This document shows, in pieces, positions 56,334-64,000 of a stretch of 64,000 nucleotides of DNA. A model generated the notes under the pieces. The model saw only the letters and a program-made list of their open reading frames with translations, ran no database searches and was not told the DNA's origin. Origin of the DNA: Candidatus Latescibacterota bacterium (lineage in GTDB: Bacteria > Latescibacterota > UBA2968 > GCA-2709665). The DNA lies in contig CAXXXF010000006.1 in NCBI GenBank assembly GCA_963667175.2, positions 320,001 to 384,000 of the forward strand, written 5' to 3'. The stretch's first letter is position 1. Each line of letters begins with the position of its first letter. The position numbers and the translations under genes were made by a program.

Positions 56334-57217
56334 CCGTGCTCAACGAACGCCTGACCCTTCAGGCCGGCAGTCTCGCCCTGATAACGGCCGTCCTCTGGGG
56401 CGGCAACTCCATCGCCATCAAAATCGCCCTCGACGGCCTGCCGCCGCTCGCCCTTGCCGCCGCCCGCTTTCTTCTGGGCGGGCTGGCTGTAATCCCGTGG
56501 GCGTACCTTTCCGGCGTCCCGCTCCGGCCCGGATCCGGCGAAAGACGAGGTCTGTTTCAGCTGGTTCTGCTTTTTGTCGCGCAAATCTACCTGCTCAATG
56601 CCGGCACGAATATCACGACGGCCGGCAGGTCGACCGTCTTCATCTCCACGTATCCGTTTTTTACCGCCGTCTTCGCCCACCTGTTCATGCCTGGAGACCG
56701 GCTAAGCGGCCTTAAAATTTCAGGAATGACCCTCTCGTTTGCCGGTGTCGTGCTCGTATTCGTCGATAGTCTGGCCAGCGGACGCCTCGGCTATCTGCCG
56801 GGAGACGTAATGGTTCTGACGAGCGGCCTGCTGCTTGGCGCCCGGCAGGTCTATACCAAAAAGCTGACCCAAACCATCCATCCCGCCCGGCTTCTGTTAT
56901 GGCAGGCCGCGCTCAGCCTGCCGGTGTTCATTCTGTCGAGTACCCTGCTGGAGGACCTGAAACCCACCGTCATCCGACCGGGCATCGTCGGCGCCATCAT
57001 CTACCAGGGTCTCGTGGTTGCCGGGTTCTGTTTTCTGGTATCCGTCACGCTCCTGCGACGCTACAGAGCCAGCCGCCTCGGGGTGTTCGGTTTCGTTACA
57101 CCCGTTGTTGGCGTCGTGTTCAGCGACCTGCTGCTGGGAGAAGCTGTCTCGGCGACACTTCTCATCAGCGTGCTGATGGTCGGAATCGGCGTCGCCATTG
57201 TCAATACGGAGACCTGA
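56330..57217 (+). CDS. DMT/EamA family transporter
   Basis: LWGGN..AIK, AARF, STYPFF, two EamA halves, TPVVG..LLGE. GTGA overlap with the upstream gene. Confidence 0.92.
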   Translation: MTVLNERLTLQAGSLALITAVLWGGNSIAIKIALDGLPPLALAAARFLLGGLAVIPWAYLSGVPLRPGSGERRGLFQLVLLFVAQIYLLNAGTNITTAGRSTVFISTYPFFTAVFAHLFMPGDRLSGLKISGMTLSFAGVVLVFVDSLASGRLGYLPGDVMVLTSGLLLGARQVYTKKLTQTIHPARLLLWQAALSLPVFILSSTLLEDLKPTVIRPGIVGAIIYQGLVVAGFCFLVSVTLLRRYRASRLGVFGFVTPVVGVVFSDLLLGEAVSATLLISVLMVGIGVAIVNTET

Positions 57218-57294
57218 CCAACGACGGGCGACGCAATGCGTCCGTGCGTCCACGTCACGCAGCCGGGATGCCGTCCAATCGGCGTTCCGACGGA

Positions 57295-58638
57295 CTACGC
57301 CTCCCCTACCATGACGAACGCCACGTCCGCAACATTGGTTCCCGTCGGACCCGTCATCACCAGGTCGCCAAGCGGCTTGAAGAAGTGGTAGGCGTCGTTG
57401 TTCTTCAACGATTCAATCGCAGACAGTCCTGCTGATTCCGCTCGTGCGATCGTTTCGGCATCGGCGATCGCCCCCGCGGCGTCCGTCGGGCCGTCGGTTC
57501 CATCCGTCCCGCCGCTGAACAGAACCGTCCCCTCCCATCCGGACAGATGTATCGCGCCGGCCAACACCAGTTCCTGGTTGCGTCCGCCTTTGCCGTTTCC
57601 TCGAACGGTTACCGTCGTCTCGCCGCCCGCGATTACGCATGCGGGAGCGGTCACGGGCGCCCCGGATTCCAGGATTTCCTTGCCGATGGCCGAATAAACG
57701 TGTGCGACCTCACGAGCCTCGCCCTCCAGGCGCGTGGACAGCACCAGGGTATTATAGCCCAGATGCCGGGCGCGTTCGGCGGCAGCGGCCACCGCCAGAC
57801 CGTTGCTGCCGACAATCACGTTATGACATCTCTCCAGCACAGCGTCTCCCGGCTTCGGCGTTTCCGGAATCGCTCCCGCCGCGCCTGCCTCGAACCGCTC
57901 CCGAACCGCTTCAGGCAGCCGATCCGAAACGTCGTACTTCTGAAAAATTCCCATACAGACTTTGAACCTGGACGTATCGGGTACCGTGGGCCCCGATGCG
58001 ATCACGTCCATCGGGTCGCCGATGACGTCCGACAACATCAGGGATACCACGGTGGCCGGAAACGCCGCGCGGGCAAGACCCCCACCCTTGACCCTGGACA
58101 GATGCTTGCGGACCGCGTTCAACTCCACGATATTGGCGCCGCATTCGAGCAGCAATCGGGTTGTCTCCTGCTTCTCCGCCAGCGTAATCCCCTCCGAAGG
58201 CGCGGGCATCAGCGCCGAACCACCGCCTGAAATCAGGCAGATCACCAGGGTCCGGTCGTCGGTCGCGTCCAGCAGTCCAAGAATCTGACGCGTCCCGTCG
58301 ACACCGGCCTCATCCGGAACCGGATGTCCGCACTCGACGATTCTTATCCGGTCCAGCGGCTCCGCGTGCTCGTACTTGGTATTGATGACCCCATCCGAAA
58401 TCCGGTCGCCCAGCACGGATTCGAGCGCGACCCCCATCCGCGGCGACGCCTTGCCGGTTCCCACCACGAGCACCCTGTCGAACGCATCCAGGTCGTAATC
58501 CTTGCCACCGATACTGAGCGTGTCCCCGTGCGTTCTGACGAATCGCTTCACGCACTCCTGAGCGTCCACCGCCGCCACTGCCGATTCAAAGATCGACGAA
58601 GCATCGGCGCGCATTCCGGTTACGGTGAACTTACGCAT
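57295..58638 (-). CDS. Glycerate 2-kinase (TtuD/MOFRL, class II)
   Basis: VGTGKAS, GHPVPD, LISGGGSAL, RKHLSRVKGG, SDVIGD, GGETTV..GGRNQE, GTDGTDG, TGPTGTNV.D. Start ATG 58638. Confidence 0.93.
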   Translation of the reverse strand: MRKFTVTGMRADASSIFESAVAAVDAQECVKRFVRTHGDTLSIGGKDYDLDAFDRVLVVGTGKASPRMGVALESVLGDRISDGVINTKYEHAEPLDRIRIVECGHPVPDEAGVDGTRQILGLLDATDDRTLVICLISGGGSALMPAPSEGITLAEKQETTRLLLECGANIVELNAVRKHLSRVKGGGLARAAFPATVVSLMLSDVIGDPMDVIASGPTVPDTSRFKVCMGIFQKYDVSDRLPEAVRERFEAGAAGAIPETPKPGDAVLERCHNVIVGSNGLAVAAAAERARHLGYNTLVLSTRLEGEAREVAHVYSAIGKEILESGAPVTAPACVIAGGETTVTVRGNGKGGRNQELVLAGAIHLSGWEGTVLFSGGTDGTDGPTDAAGAIADAETIARAESAGLSAIESLKNNDAYHFFKPLGDLVMTGPTGTNVADVAFVMVGEA

Positions 58639-58711
58639 CCTGATCGATCCCCATATTTGCAGGCCGCCCGAGTGTTCTGCCCCTGGGCGGTCCACGGCAC
58701 TGGCGTGACGG

Positions 58712-60979
58712 CTACCTTCGAATGTCGAACGTGATGGCCGCCCTGCCGGTCTGCCCGCTGTTTTCATCCAGAACCAGGATTTTCAGGACCTGCCTCCCGG
58801 GTTCTGAGGCGCCCATATCCAATTCAAGGTAGGCCGGCTCGTCCGTAGCCGTGCCGACGTGTTCATATTCAATGCTGATGACGTTACCCTCTTCCCGTTT
58901 CCCGATCAGGCGTCCGAGTCCGCTCAATACACGCGCGCCCACGCTGGTTCGCCCCAACGATCGGATCTCGTACGAAATGCGATATTTCGTCGATCCGAAT
59001 TCATCCCGTTTCAGATTATAGATTTCGTAATAGATGAACACCGGTTCGCCGAAGCGGTAGGTCCTGGACGCCATGGGAATCACTTCGATATCACCCTTTA
59101 CGAAACGGCCCCGTTCCGCGACGTCGATTCTCGCCCCCATTTCAACTTCGCTCAACATCAGATTCATCCCTGAATACGCCTTCAGGTTGCGGTCTTCTCT
59201 GTATATCTGCGTCCTGCCGGAGTTTCGATCCATCACCTGCACGTCGACCCGGTAGACGCCAGCGGGCAACAGGATCCGGTCGATTGCAGGAATGAAGGTC
59301 CCGCCCGAAGTGTCCACGACACCCGAAGCGCGGAGGACCATGTCGTCGTCTATCCGGTAAACGGGCCGGTTCTCGTCGTCGTAGACCGCCACGCCGCGGA
59401 CGAGGTGCGCCAGCCGCCCCGCGTTCCCGTCCCGATACGTCAGATCCCGGGTAGGTATGCCGTAGTACACCTCCATCGCCGTCTTGTCATTGTCGCCTCG
59501 AAACGAGGCCGTATAGAAATAGAAGTCCAGCGGGCCCGTGGCGAACGTCGGTCGGTAGGTGGCCGGCTGCCGCGCCACCTGATCGAGCAAGACGGCCTTC
59601 GGGTTCATCCTCTGCCAGATTCTCGTGATCCGCCCCGTACCCAAGGGCATTCTCGCAAATTCGTACGGCCCGGGAAAATGCGGTTGAACGAAGGTCATTT
59701 CGATGCCCCGGCCCACGCTGGTATATATCCAGTATTCCCATATGCCGCCCACGGGATAGACCGGCCAACCCAGTATGGACGACTGGGCGACGTCTCCCAG
59801 GGACCGGACTTCTTCCTTCATGAGCTTCGCGGCAGCCGCCCCGGCCGACGCAATCAGGCGATCCTTGACCGCCAGCACCCTGGGGTCCGTCTCGAACCGG
59901 ACGTCGCCGGATCGGCTGACGTGATCCGGTTCGCCGAAGCGTATATAGACTTCCCCGCGGTCGTCCCAGGGGAATTTGTGCTGTCCGTGATTCTCCCTGG
60001 CCGTGGCCACGCGGCGATAGTGTTCAACCTGGCGCTCGTTCGCGGCCGATACCGGCGCCGGATCCTGCCCGACCCAGAACCCCTCTGCGGTCGCCTTCAA
60101 TTCCTCCAATGAAAGGTCGCCGGGATCTCCGGCGATTCTTGCAACCAGACTCAGGTCATAGTAGAGCCGTTGCTCCTCCGGATCCAGCAGCGCAATATAG
60201 GCTTCGAACGTGGCCTGCGCCCGGTCGAAGTCCCGCCGCCTCTGGTAGACGTCCGCCAGTTCCAGCACCGCCCGGCGCTGATGCGGGTTCCGCGTTCGGA
60301 TCACGGACAGCAGTTCATCGGTTGCCTGCTCCGTCCGATTCAGCAGCTTCAGTACGACCCCCAGCTGCAATCGTGCGCCGAAGTGGCCCTCGTTCACCGC
60401 AATCTGGTCCCGGTAGGCTCGTTCCGCCTTTCCGTACTCCCCGTCTGTCTCTTCAATTCTTCCAATCTGATAGAACGCATCCGGGTGGCGGGGGTCCATC
60501 CTGACTACCTTGCGGTAGGCCTTGTACGTCTCACTGCTGCCGAAACGCTGGTACGTCTGCGCCAGATTGTATTGCGCTTCGACGTATTGTTTATCCGCTC
60601 GCAGGGCGTCCCGAAACGCATTGATTGCATTGCGAAGCTGCTTGGGCCGGTCCCGATACGTGAGGCCCAGGCCGTTGAAGGCCGGCGCATACCGCTTCCG
60701 CTTCCTGAGCGCCTGCCGGAACATCACTTCGGCCGAATCCAATTCGCCGTGTTTCAAGAAAATATGACCGAGACCCACGTAGGACGGCGCGTGTTTGGCG
60801 TCAAGCGAAATTGCCGCCCTGAAAGCCCCGGCGGCCGCCTCAAGCGCCTCATCATTCAACAGGGCCATCGCACGGTCGTAGTGCGCCTCGACCCGACCGC
60901 GGCCGTCGCTCTTCGCCTGCGCCGGGCCGCTGAAGACGAGCGTCGTCAGGACCACCACGTGCCACGTGAATCGTTTCAT
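58712..60979 (-). CDS. Secreted TPR + GWxTD-domain protein (paralog of 5901-8306)
   Basis: Signal peptide, TPRs, FWVGQDP...EHYRRV...PWDDRGEVYIRFGEPD, C-terminal FIYYEIYNL. Confidence 0.85.
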   Translation of the reverse strand: MKRFTWHVVVLTTLVFSGPAQAKSDGRGRVEAHYDRAMALLNDEALEAAAGAFRAAISLDAKHAPSYVGLGHIFLKHGELDSAEVMFRQALRKRKRYAPAFNGLGLTYRDRPKQLRNAINAFRDALRADKQYVEAQYNLAQTYQRFGSSETYKAYRKVVRMDPRHPDAFYQIGRIEETDGEYGKAERAYRDQIAVNEGHFGARLQLGVVLKLLNRTEQATDELLSVIRTRNPHQRRAVLELADVYQRRRDFDRAQATFEAYIALLDPEEQRLYYDLSLVARIAGDPGDLSLEELKATAEGFWVGQDPAPVSAANERQVEHYRRVATARENHGQHKFPWDDRGEVYIRFGEPDHVSRSGDVRFETDPRVLAVKDRLIASAGAAAAKLMKEEVRSLGDVAQSSILGWPVYPVGGIWEYWIYTSVGRGIEMTFVQPHFPGPYEFARMPLGTGRITRIWQRMNPKAVLLDQVARQPATYRPTFATGPLDFYFYTASFRGDNDKTAMEVYYGIPTRDLTYRDGNAGRLAHLVRGVAVYDDENRPVYRIDDDMVLRASGVVDTSGGTFIPAIDRILLPAGVYRVDVQVMDRNSGRTQIYREDRNLKAYSGMNLMLSEVEMGARIDVAERGRFVKGDIEVIPMASRTYRFGEPVFIYYEIYNLKRDEFGSTKYRISYEIRSLGRTSVGARVLSGLGRLIGKREEGNVISIEYEHVGTATDEPAYLELDMGASEPGRQVLKILVLDENSGQTGRAAITFDIRR

Positions 60980-61219
60980 CTACCATCTCCTGCGAGGGGT
61001 CCTATCGACGTCCTGGCGCTAATCAACGGGGGTTCGAGGCATCTTCGCGAGACCGGAACGGCAAACGCGATTACAGTTTCGTCGGTTGCCACCGCTCTGA
61101 TCTGTTGCGGGGCGTTCCATGCGTCGCAAACAGGATTTAACCACAGAATACTAATGATACAAAAAAGGCCCGAAAAACACAAGCACGGGCAAGTCTTCCG
61201 GCCCGAAAATGCGCCACCG

Positions 61220-61447
61220 TTACCCCCAGTCGGTCCAGTCTGTCTCGCCACGTTCCATGCGTTCGAACGGGAGCCAGTATTCCCGTATCCACCGAAGTGC
61301 CGGATTGTTGGACCGGTCGTTGTACGCGATTCGCATCCAAAGAGTCACCTGACGAATGCCTTCCACCTGAACGCGCAGACCGTACCGATGCCGCACCATT
61401 TCCACGAACTATTCCAAAGGCATCCGCAGGCTACTCCGGTACGCCAT
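61220..61447 (-). pseudogene. Short ORF with strong RBS interrupted by an in-frame TAG at codon 13 (pseudogene or readthrough)
   Basis: GAAGGAGG-N5-ATG at 61447 overlapping the LysR end; MAYRSSLRMPLE*FVEMVRHRYG...DWG*. Confidence 0.4.
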
Positions 61448-62360
61448 GACCGCCTCCTTCGGGCACGTGGAGCCCGCTCGCTTCCAGATGCATTTGCAAA
61501 AACCTCAGAAACGCCGTGGCGGCGCGTGAAAGACGTCCGCCTTCGCGTCGCACCATCCCAACCTGACGCACGGGGAGCCCCGTCGCCCGAAGCGCGGTCA
61601 GCCTGCCCGATCTCACTTCCTCCCGGATCGCCACTTCGGGCACGATCGCGACACCCAGACCGATTTCGACAAATCGCTTGATGACTTCGATGCTGCCCAG
61701 TTCCATGCTAACTTGCGGGTGGAGTCCCGCGTCGGAGAACATCCGATCCATCAGTCCTCTGCTTGTGCTTCCCCGTTCAAGCATCAACATCGCGCTATCG
61801 CTCAGCGCGCGCAGATCCACCGTCTCCGCATGGGCCAGGGGATGCGTCGGACCGCAAACGGCGACGTCTTCCCGGATGAAGAGCGGCCTGGTCCTTACCC
61901 TGGGTTCGGTTACGGGAAGCGTGGCCAGTCCGAAATCCACCGCCCCCTCCAGAACCAGCCTTACGACCTCAGGAGACATCCGGTCCGTCAGGCGGATTTC
62001 GATTCCGGGGTACGCCTGGCGAAACGCCTTTACAGCGGGAGGCAGCACATAGGCGCAATTCGTATCGCTCGTGCCGATACTCAGCCGACCCGCGCGCAAT
62101 TCTCCGAGGGCCGCCATATCCTGCCGGATCTGCTCGGCCATCTCCAGAATCGCCTCGGCGCGCGCAAACAGAAGCCGCCCGGCCCCGGTCAACAGGATCT
62201 GCCTGCCACGGCGCTCGAACAGGGCTTCGCCGAGTTCATCTTCGAGCGCTTTCACCTGAAGACTCACTGCAGGCTGGGTGAGAAACAACTTCTCCGCCGC
62301 GCGGGTAAAGCTCTTCTCGCGCGCCGTTTCCACAAACCCCTTAAGCCGATCCAGATCCAT
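61431..62360 (-). CDS. LysR family transcriptional regulator (CysL/CbbR-like)
   Basis: SFTRAAEKLFLTQPAVSLQVKALEDELGEALFER HTH, substrate-binding domain, ERGSTSR, VEIGLGVAIVP. Confidence 0.95.
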   Translation of the reverse strand: MDLDRLKGFVETAREKSFTRAAEKLFLTQPAVSLQVKALEDELGEALFERRGRQILLTGAGRLLFARAEAILEMAEQIRQDMAALGELRAGRLSIGTSDTNCAYVLPPAVKAFRQAYPGIEIRLTDRMSPEVVRLVLEGAVDFGLATLPVTEPRVRTRPLFIREDVAVCGPTHPLAHAETVDLRALSDSAMLMLERGSTSRGLMDRMFSDAGLHPQVSMELGSIEVIKRFVEIGLGVAIVPEVAIREEVRSGRLTALRATGLPVRQVGMVRREGGRLSRAATAFLRFLQMHLEASGLHVPEGGGHGVPE

Positions 62361-62473
62361 ACGTCAGCTCTCCATCTCGCGATCGCGGCGCATGGCAGTA
62401 CCCTGGCGCATCATCTCTCCGTATCGTGAAATGGCCTCGTTGTTCATAAATATATAATATAACAAAAACGAAA

Positions 62474-62494
62474 TTGATAAATTTTCTTTATCAA
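62474..62494. promoter_or_regulatory. LysR-type T-N11-A operator palindrome TTGATAAA-TTTTC-TTTATCAA
   Basis: Perfect 8-bp inverted repeat containing T-N11-A, in the AT-rich region upstream of lysR. Confidence 0.6.
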
Positions 62495-62615
62495 ACAGGG
62501 TTCGTTATCCTTTCTTCGTGCCGCTCGATGGGGCTGCTCGAATTGAACGGACACAACAGGTTGGCGGCCACCGCCCGGCTGGAGGCCGACAAATGCCATG
62601 CGCGCGTGAATTAAC

Positions 62616-62645
62616 TTTACACGGGCCAGCCATCTCCCATATATT
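62616..62645 (+). promoter_or_regulatory. Sigma70-type promoter
   Basis: TTTACA, 18 bp, TATATT. Confidence 0.4.
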
Positions 62646-62807
62646 GGTTGTCAGCTCAGACCATTCATGGACGCTCGGGTACCGATGGATTTGATATGGG
62701 TTAGCGAACCGACAATCGGTACGCCTGGCCAACAGCAGCGGGCTTTGCCGTCGGGCAGACGCCGGCACTGAATTCCTTAAGATGCATTTCGTGAAAGGAG
62801 GTGTGTG

Positions 62808-64000
62808 ATGTACAGCTTGACTCGCAGTTGGTTCATTCTACCGGTCGCGGCGGGCCTGGCGTGGGGTTGCGGAAGCGATCGTCTGACGAAGCCGCAGGAT
62901 GCTCAGACGAATGGAAACGTCCGGCAGCCCTTGGCCAAACTGGCGGCGAACGAGCAGACGCCGCGGGCCGTGGTCGTCGCCCGCCTTCGACAGGCCGGCG
63001 CCCCTGTAAGCGGCGCCGCCGTTACGTTCTCACGGTCGGTCTCGGGAAGGGGCGCCAACTACGAGTGGGCCGGCACGACCGATGGACGCGGGCAGGCGCG
63101 AGTGTCGCTCGGAGGGACGCAGACGGGCGGATACTATCGCGCGCAGGCACGCAAGAACGGAAACGTGATCGGGTCGTGGTCGAGCATCCCGATAAACCGC
63201 GGCGTCCAGGTCACCGTTGAACTGTCCGTTGGCGAAAAAGCGCGCGTCACGGGTTCAATCGGACTGACACCGGGCGGTCTACCCGCAGAAATCCCGATTG
63301 GCGTCGTTGCGCCCCTGACGGTCAGACAGACCCAATACGGTGAGGGCATTGAAAGCGGCCTGGAAGTCGCACTCGAAGAGATCAACGGCACATCGGTGCT
63401 CGGGGGCGCTAATGTCGTTTTCAAGAGAGAGGACTCCCGCGGCATGGCGCAGGGCGCCGTCGACGCGTTCAACAAACTGATTTTTCGCGATTACGTCCCT
63501 GTCATCCTGGGCCCCGCCCTCTCCACCGAAGCCAAAGCGGCATTTCCGGTCGCACAGCAGAACCGGGTCGTCGCGTTCAGCACAACCTCCGCCGCGTCGG
63601 GTCTGAGCGCAATTGGCGACTTTATCTTCCGCGCAAGTCTCAGTGTAGACGTGCTCATCCCTGGCGGGGTCGCCAGGACACGCGAGAAACTGGGATACCG
63701 CAGGGTCGCCCTACTGGTGGACTCCACCGACGTCTATTCCCGCAGCAGCGACGATGCGTTGCGAAGCGCCCTCACCGAAAACAACGTCGAGATCCTGACG
63801 AGCGAGACGTTTGCGACTGACGATACGTCCTTTGTCGATCAACTTGCCAGAATCAGCGGCCTGAATCCGGATGCGGTTTTCGTTTCCGCTCTGTCCCGGC
63901 AACGCATTCAGGTCCAGGTCCAGGGCCGACGCCATGGCATCCCCGCCAACGTTCCCTTTATCGTGCCGGGGTTGACTCAGGACGAAGTTCGGGATGCAGG
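62808..64000 (+). CDS. Lipoprotein: N-terminal Ig-like domain fused to a LivJ-type ABC substrate-binding domain, truncated by window end
   Basis: Not in the ORF track. RBS AAAGGAGG; MYSLTRSWFILPVAAGLAWG|C lipobox; later IPIGVVAPLT, ALEEIN, EDSRG, VILGPALST, IGDFIFRA, NPDAVFVS. Confidence 0.88.
   Translation, partial: MYSLTRSWFILPVAAGLAWGCGSDRLTKPQDAQTNGNVRQPLAKLAANEQTPRAVVVARLRQAGAPVSGAAVTFSRSVSGRGANYEWAGTTDGRGQARVSLGGTQTGGYYRAQARKNGNVIGSWSSIPINRGVQVTVELSVGEKARVTGSIGLTPGGLPAEIPIGVVAPLTVRQTQYGEGIESGLEVALEEINGTSVLGGANVVFKREDSRGMAQGAVDAFNKLIFRDYVPVILGPALSTEAKAAFPVAQQNRVVAFSTTSAASGLSAIGDFIFRASLSVDVLIPGGVARTREKLGYRRVALLVDSTDVYSRSSDDALRSALTENNVEILTSETFATDDTSFVDQLARISGLNPDAVFVSALSRQRIQVQVQGRRHGIPANVPFIVPGLTQDEVRDA

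Overview
GC-rich diderm bacterial chromosome segment. The gene repertoire (GWxTD+TPR proteins, DUF6785/6784-type membrane protein, dockerin/EF-hand-tailed CRTAC1 protein, many orphan sugar-acid/sulfatase/lyase enzymes) suggests a Latescibacterota/Gemmatimonadota-like lineage; this is inference only. Layout: (1) 1-5.9 kb is a nested mobile-DNA hotspot holding a complete IS (16-bp IRs, 6-bp TSD), a complete group II intron whose EBS1 pairs with a 9-nt-periodic repeat it has inserted into, a 26-bp inverted repeat bracketing the intron plus a small coiled-coil gene, and a MITE-like repeat carrying tiny palindromic inserts. (2) 5.9-17.3 kb encodes envelope/secreted proteins and a TonB-dependent receptor pair. 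(3) 17.6-40.5 kb is a large catabolic region. (4) tRNA-Thr(CGT), transaldolase and a polyprenyl synthase follow. (5) 43-55.5 kb is a co-oriented cluster (TPR-PpiC, GT4, TolC, NTP-transferase/CDP-alcohol phosphotransferase fusion, MlaC, MMPL, an unrecognised internally duplicated membrane protein, GMC and Gfo/Idh/MocA oxidoreductases) that looks like an undescribed lipid head-group synthesis and export system. (6) The end holds SdpI-like, EamA, glycerate 2-kinase, a second GWxTD protein, LysR and a truncated SBP lipoprotein. All family calls come from motif recognition by eye; no database searches were run.
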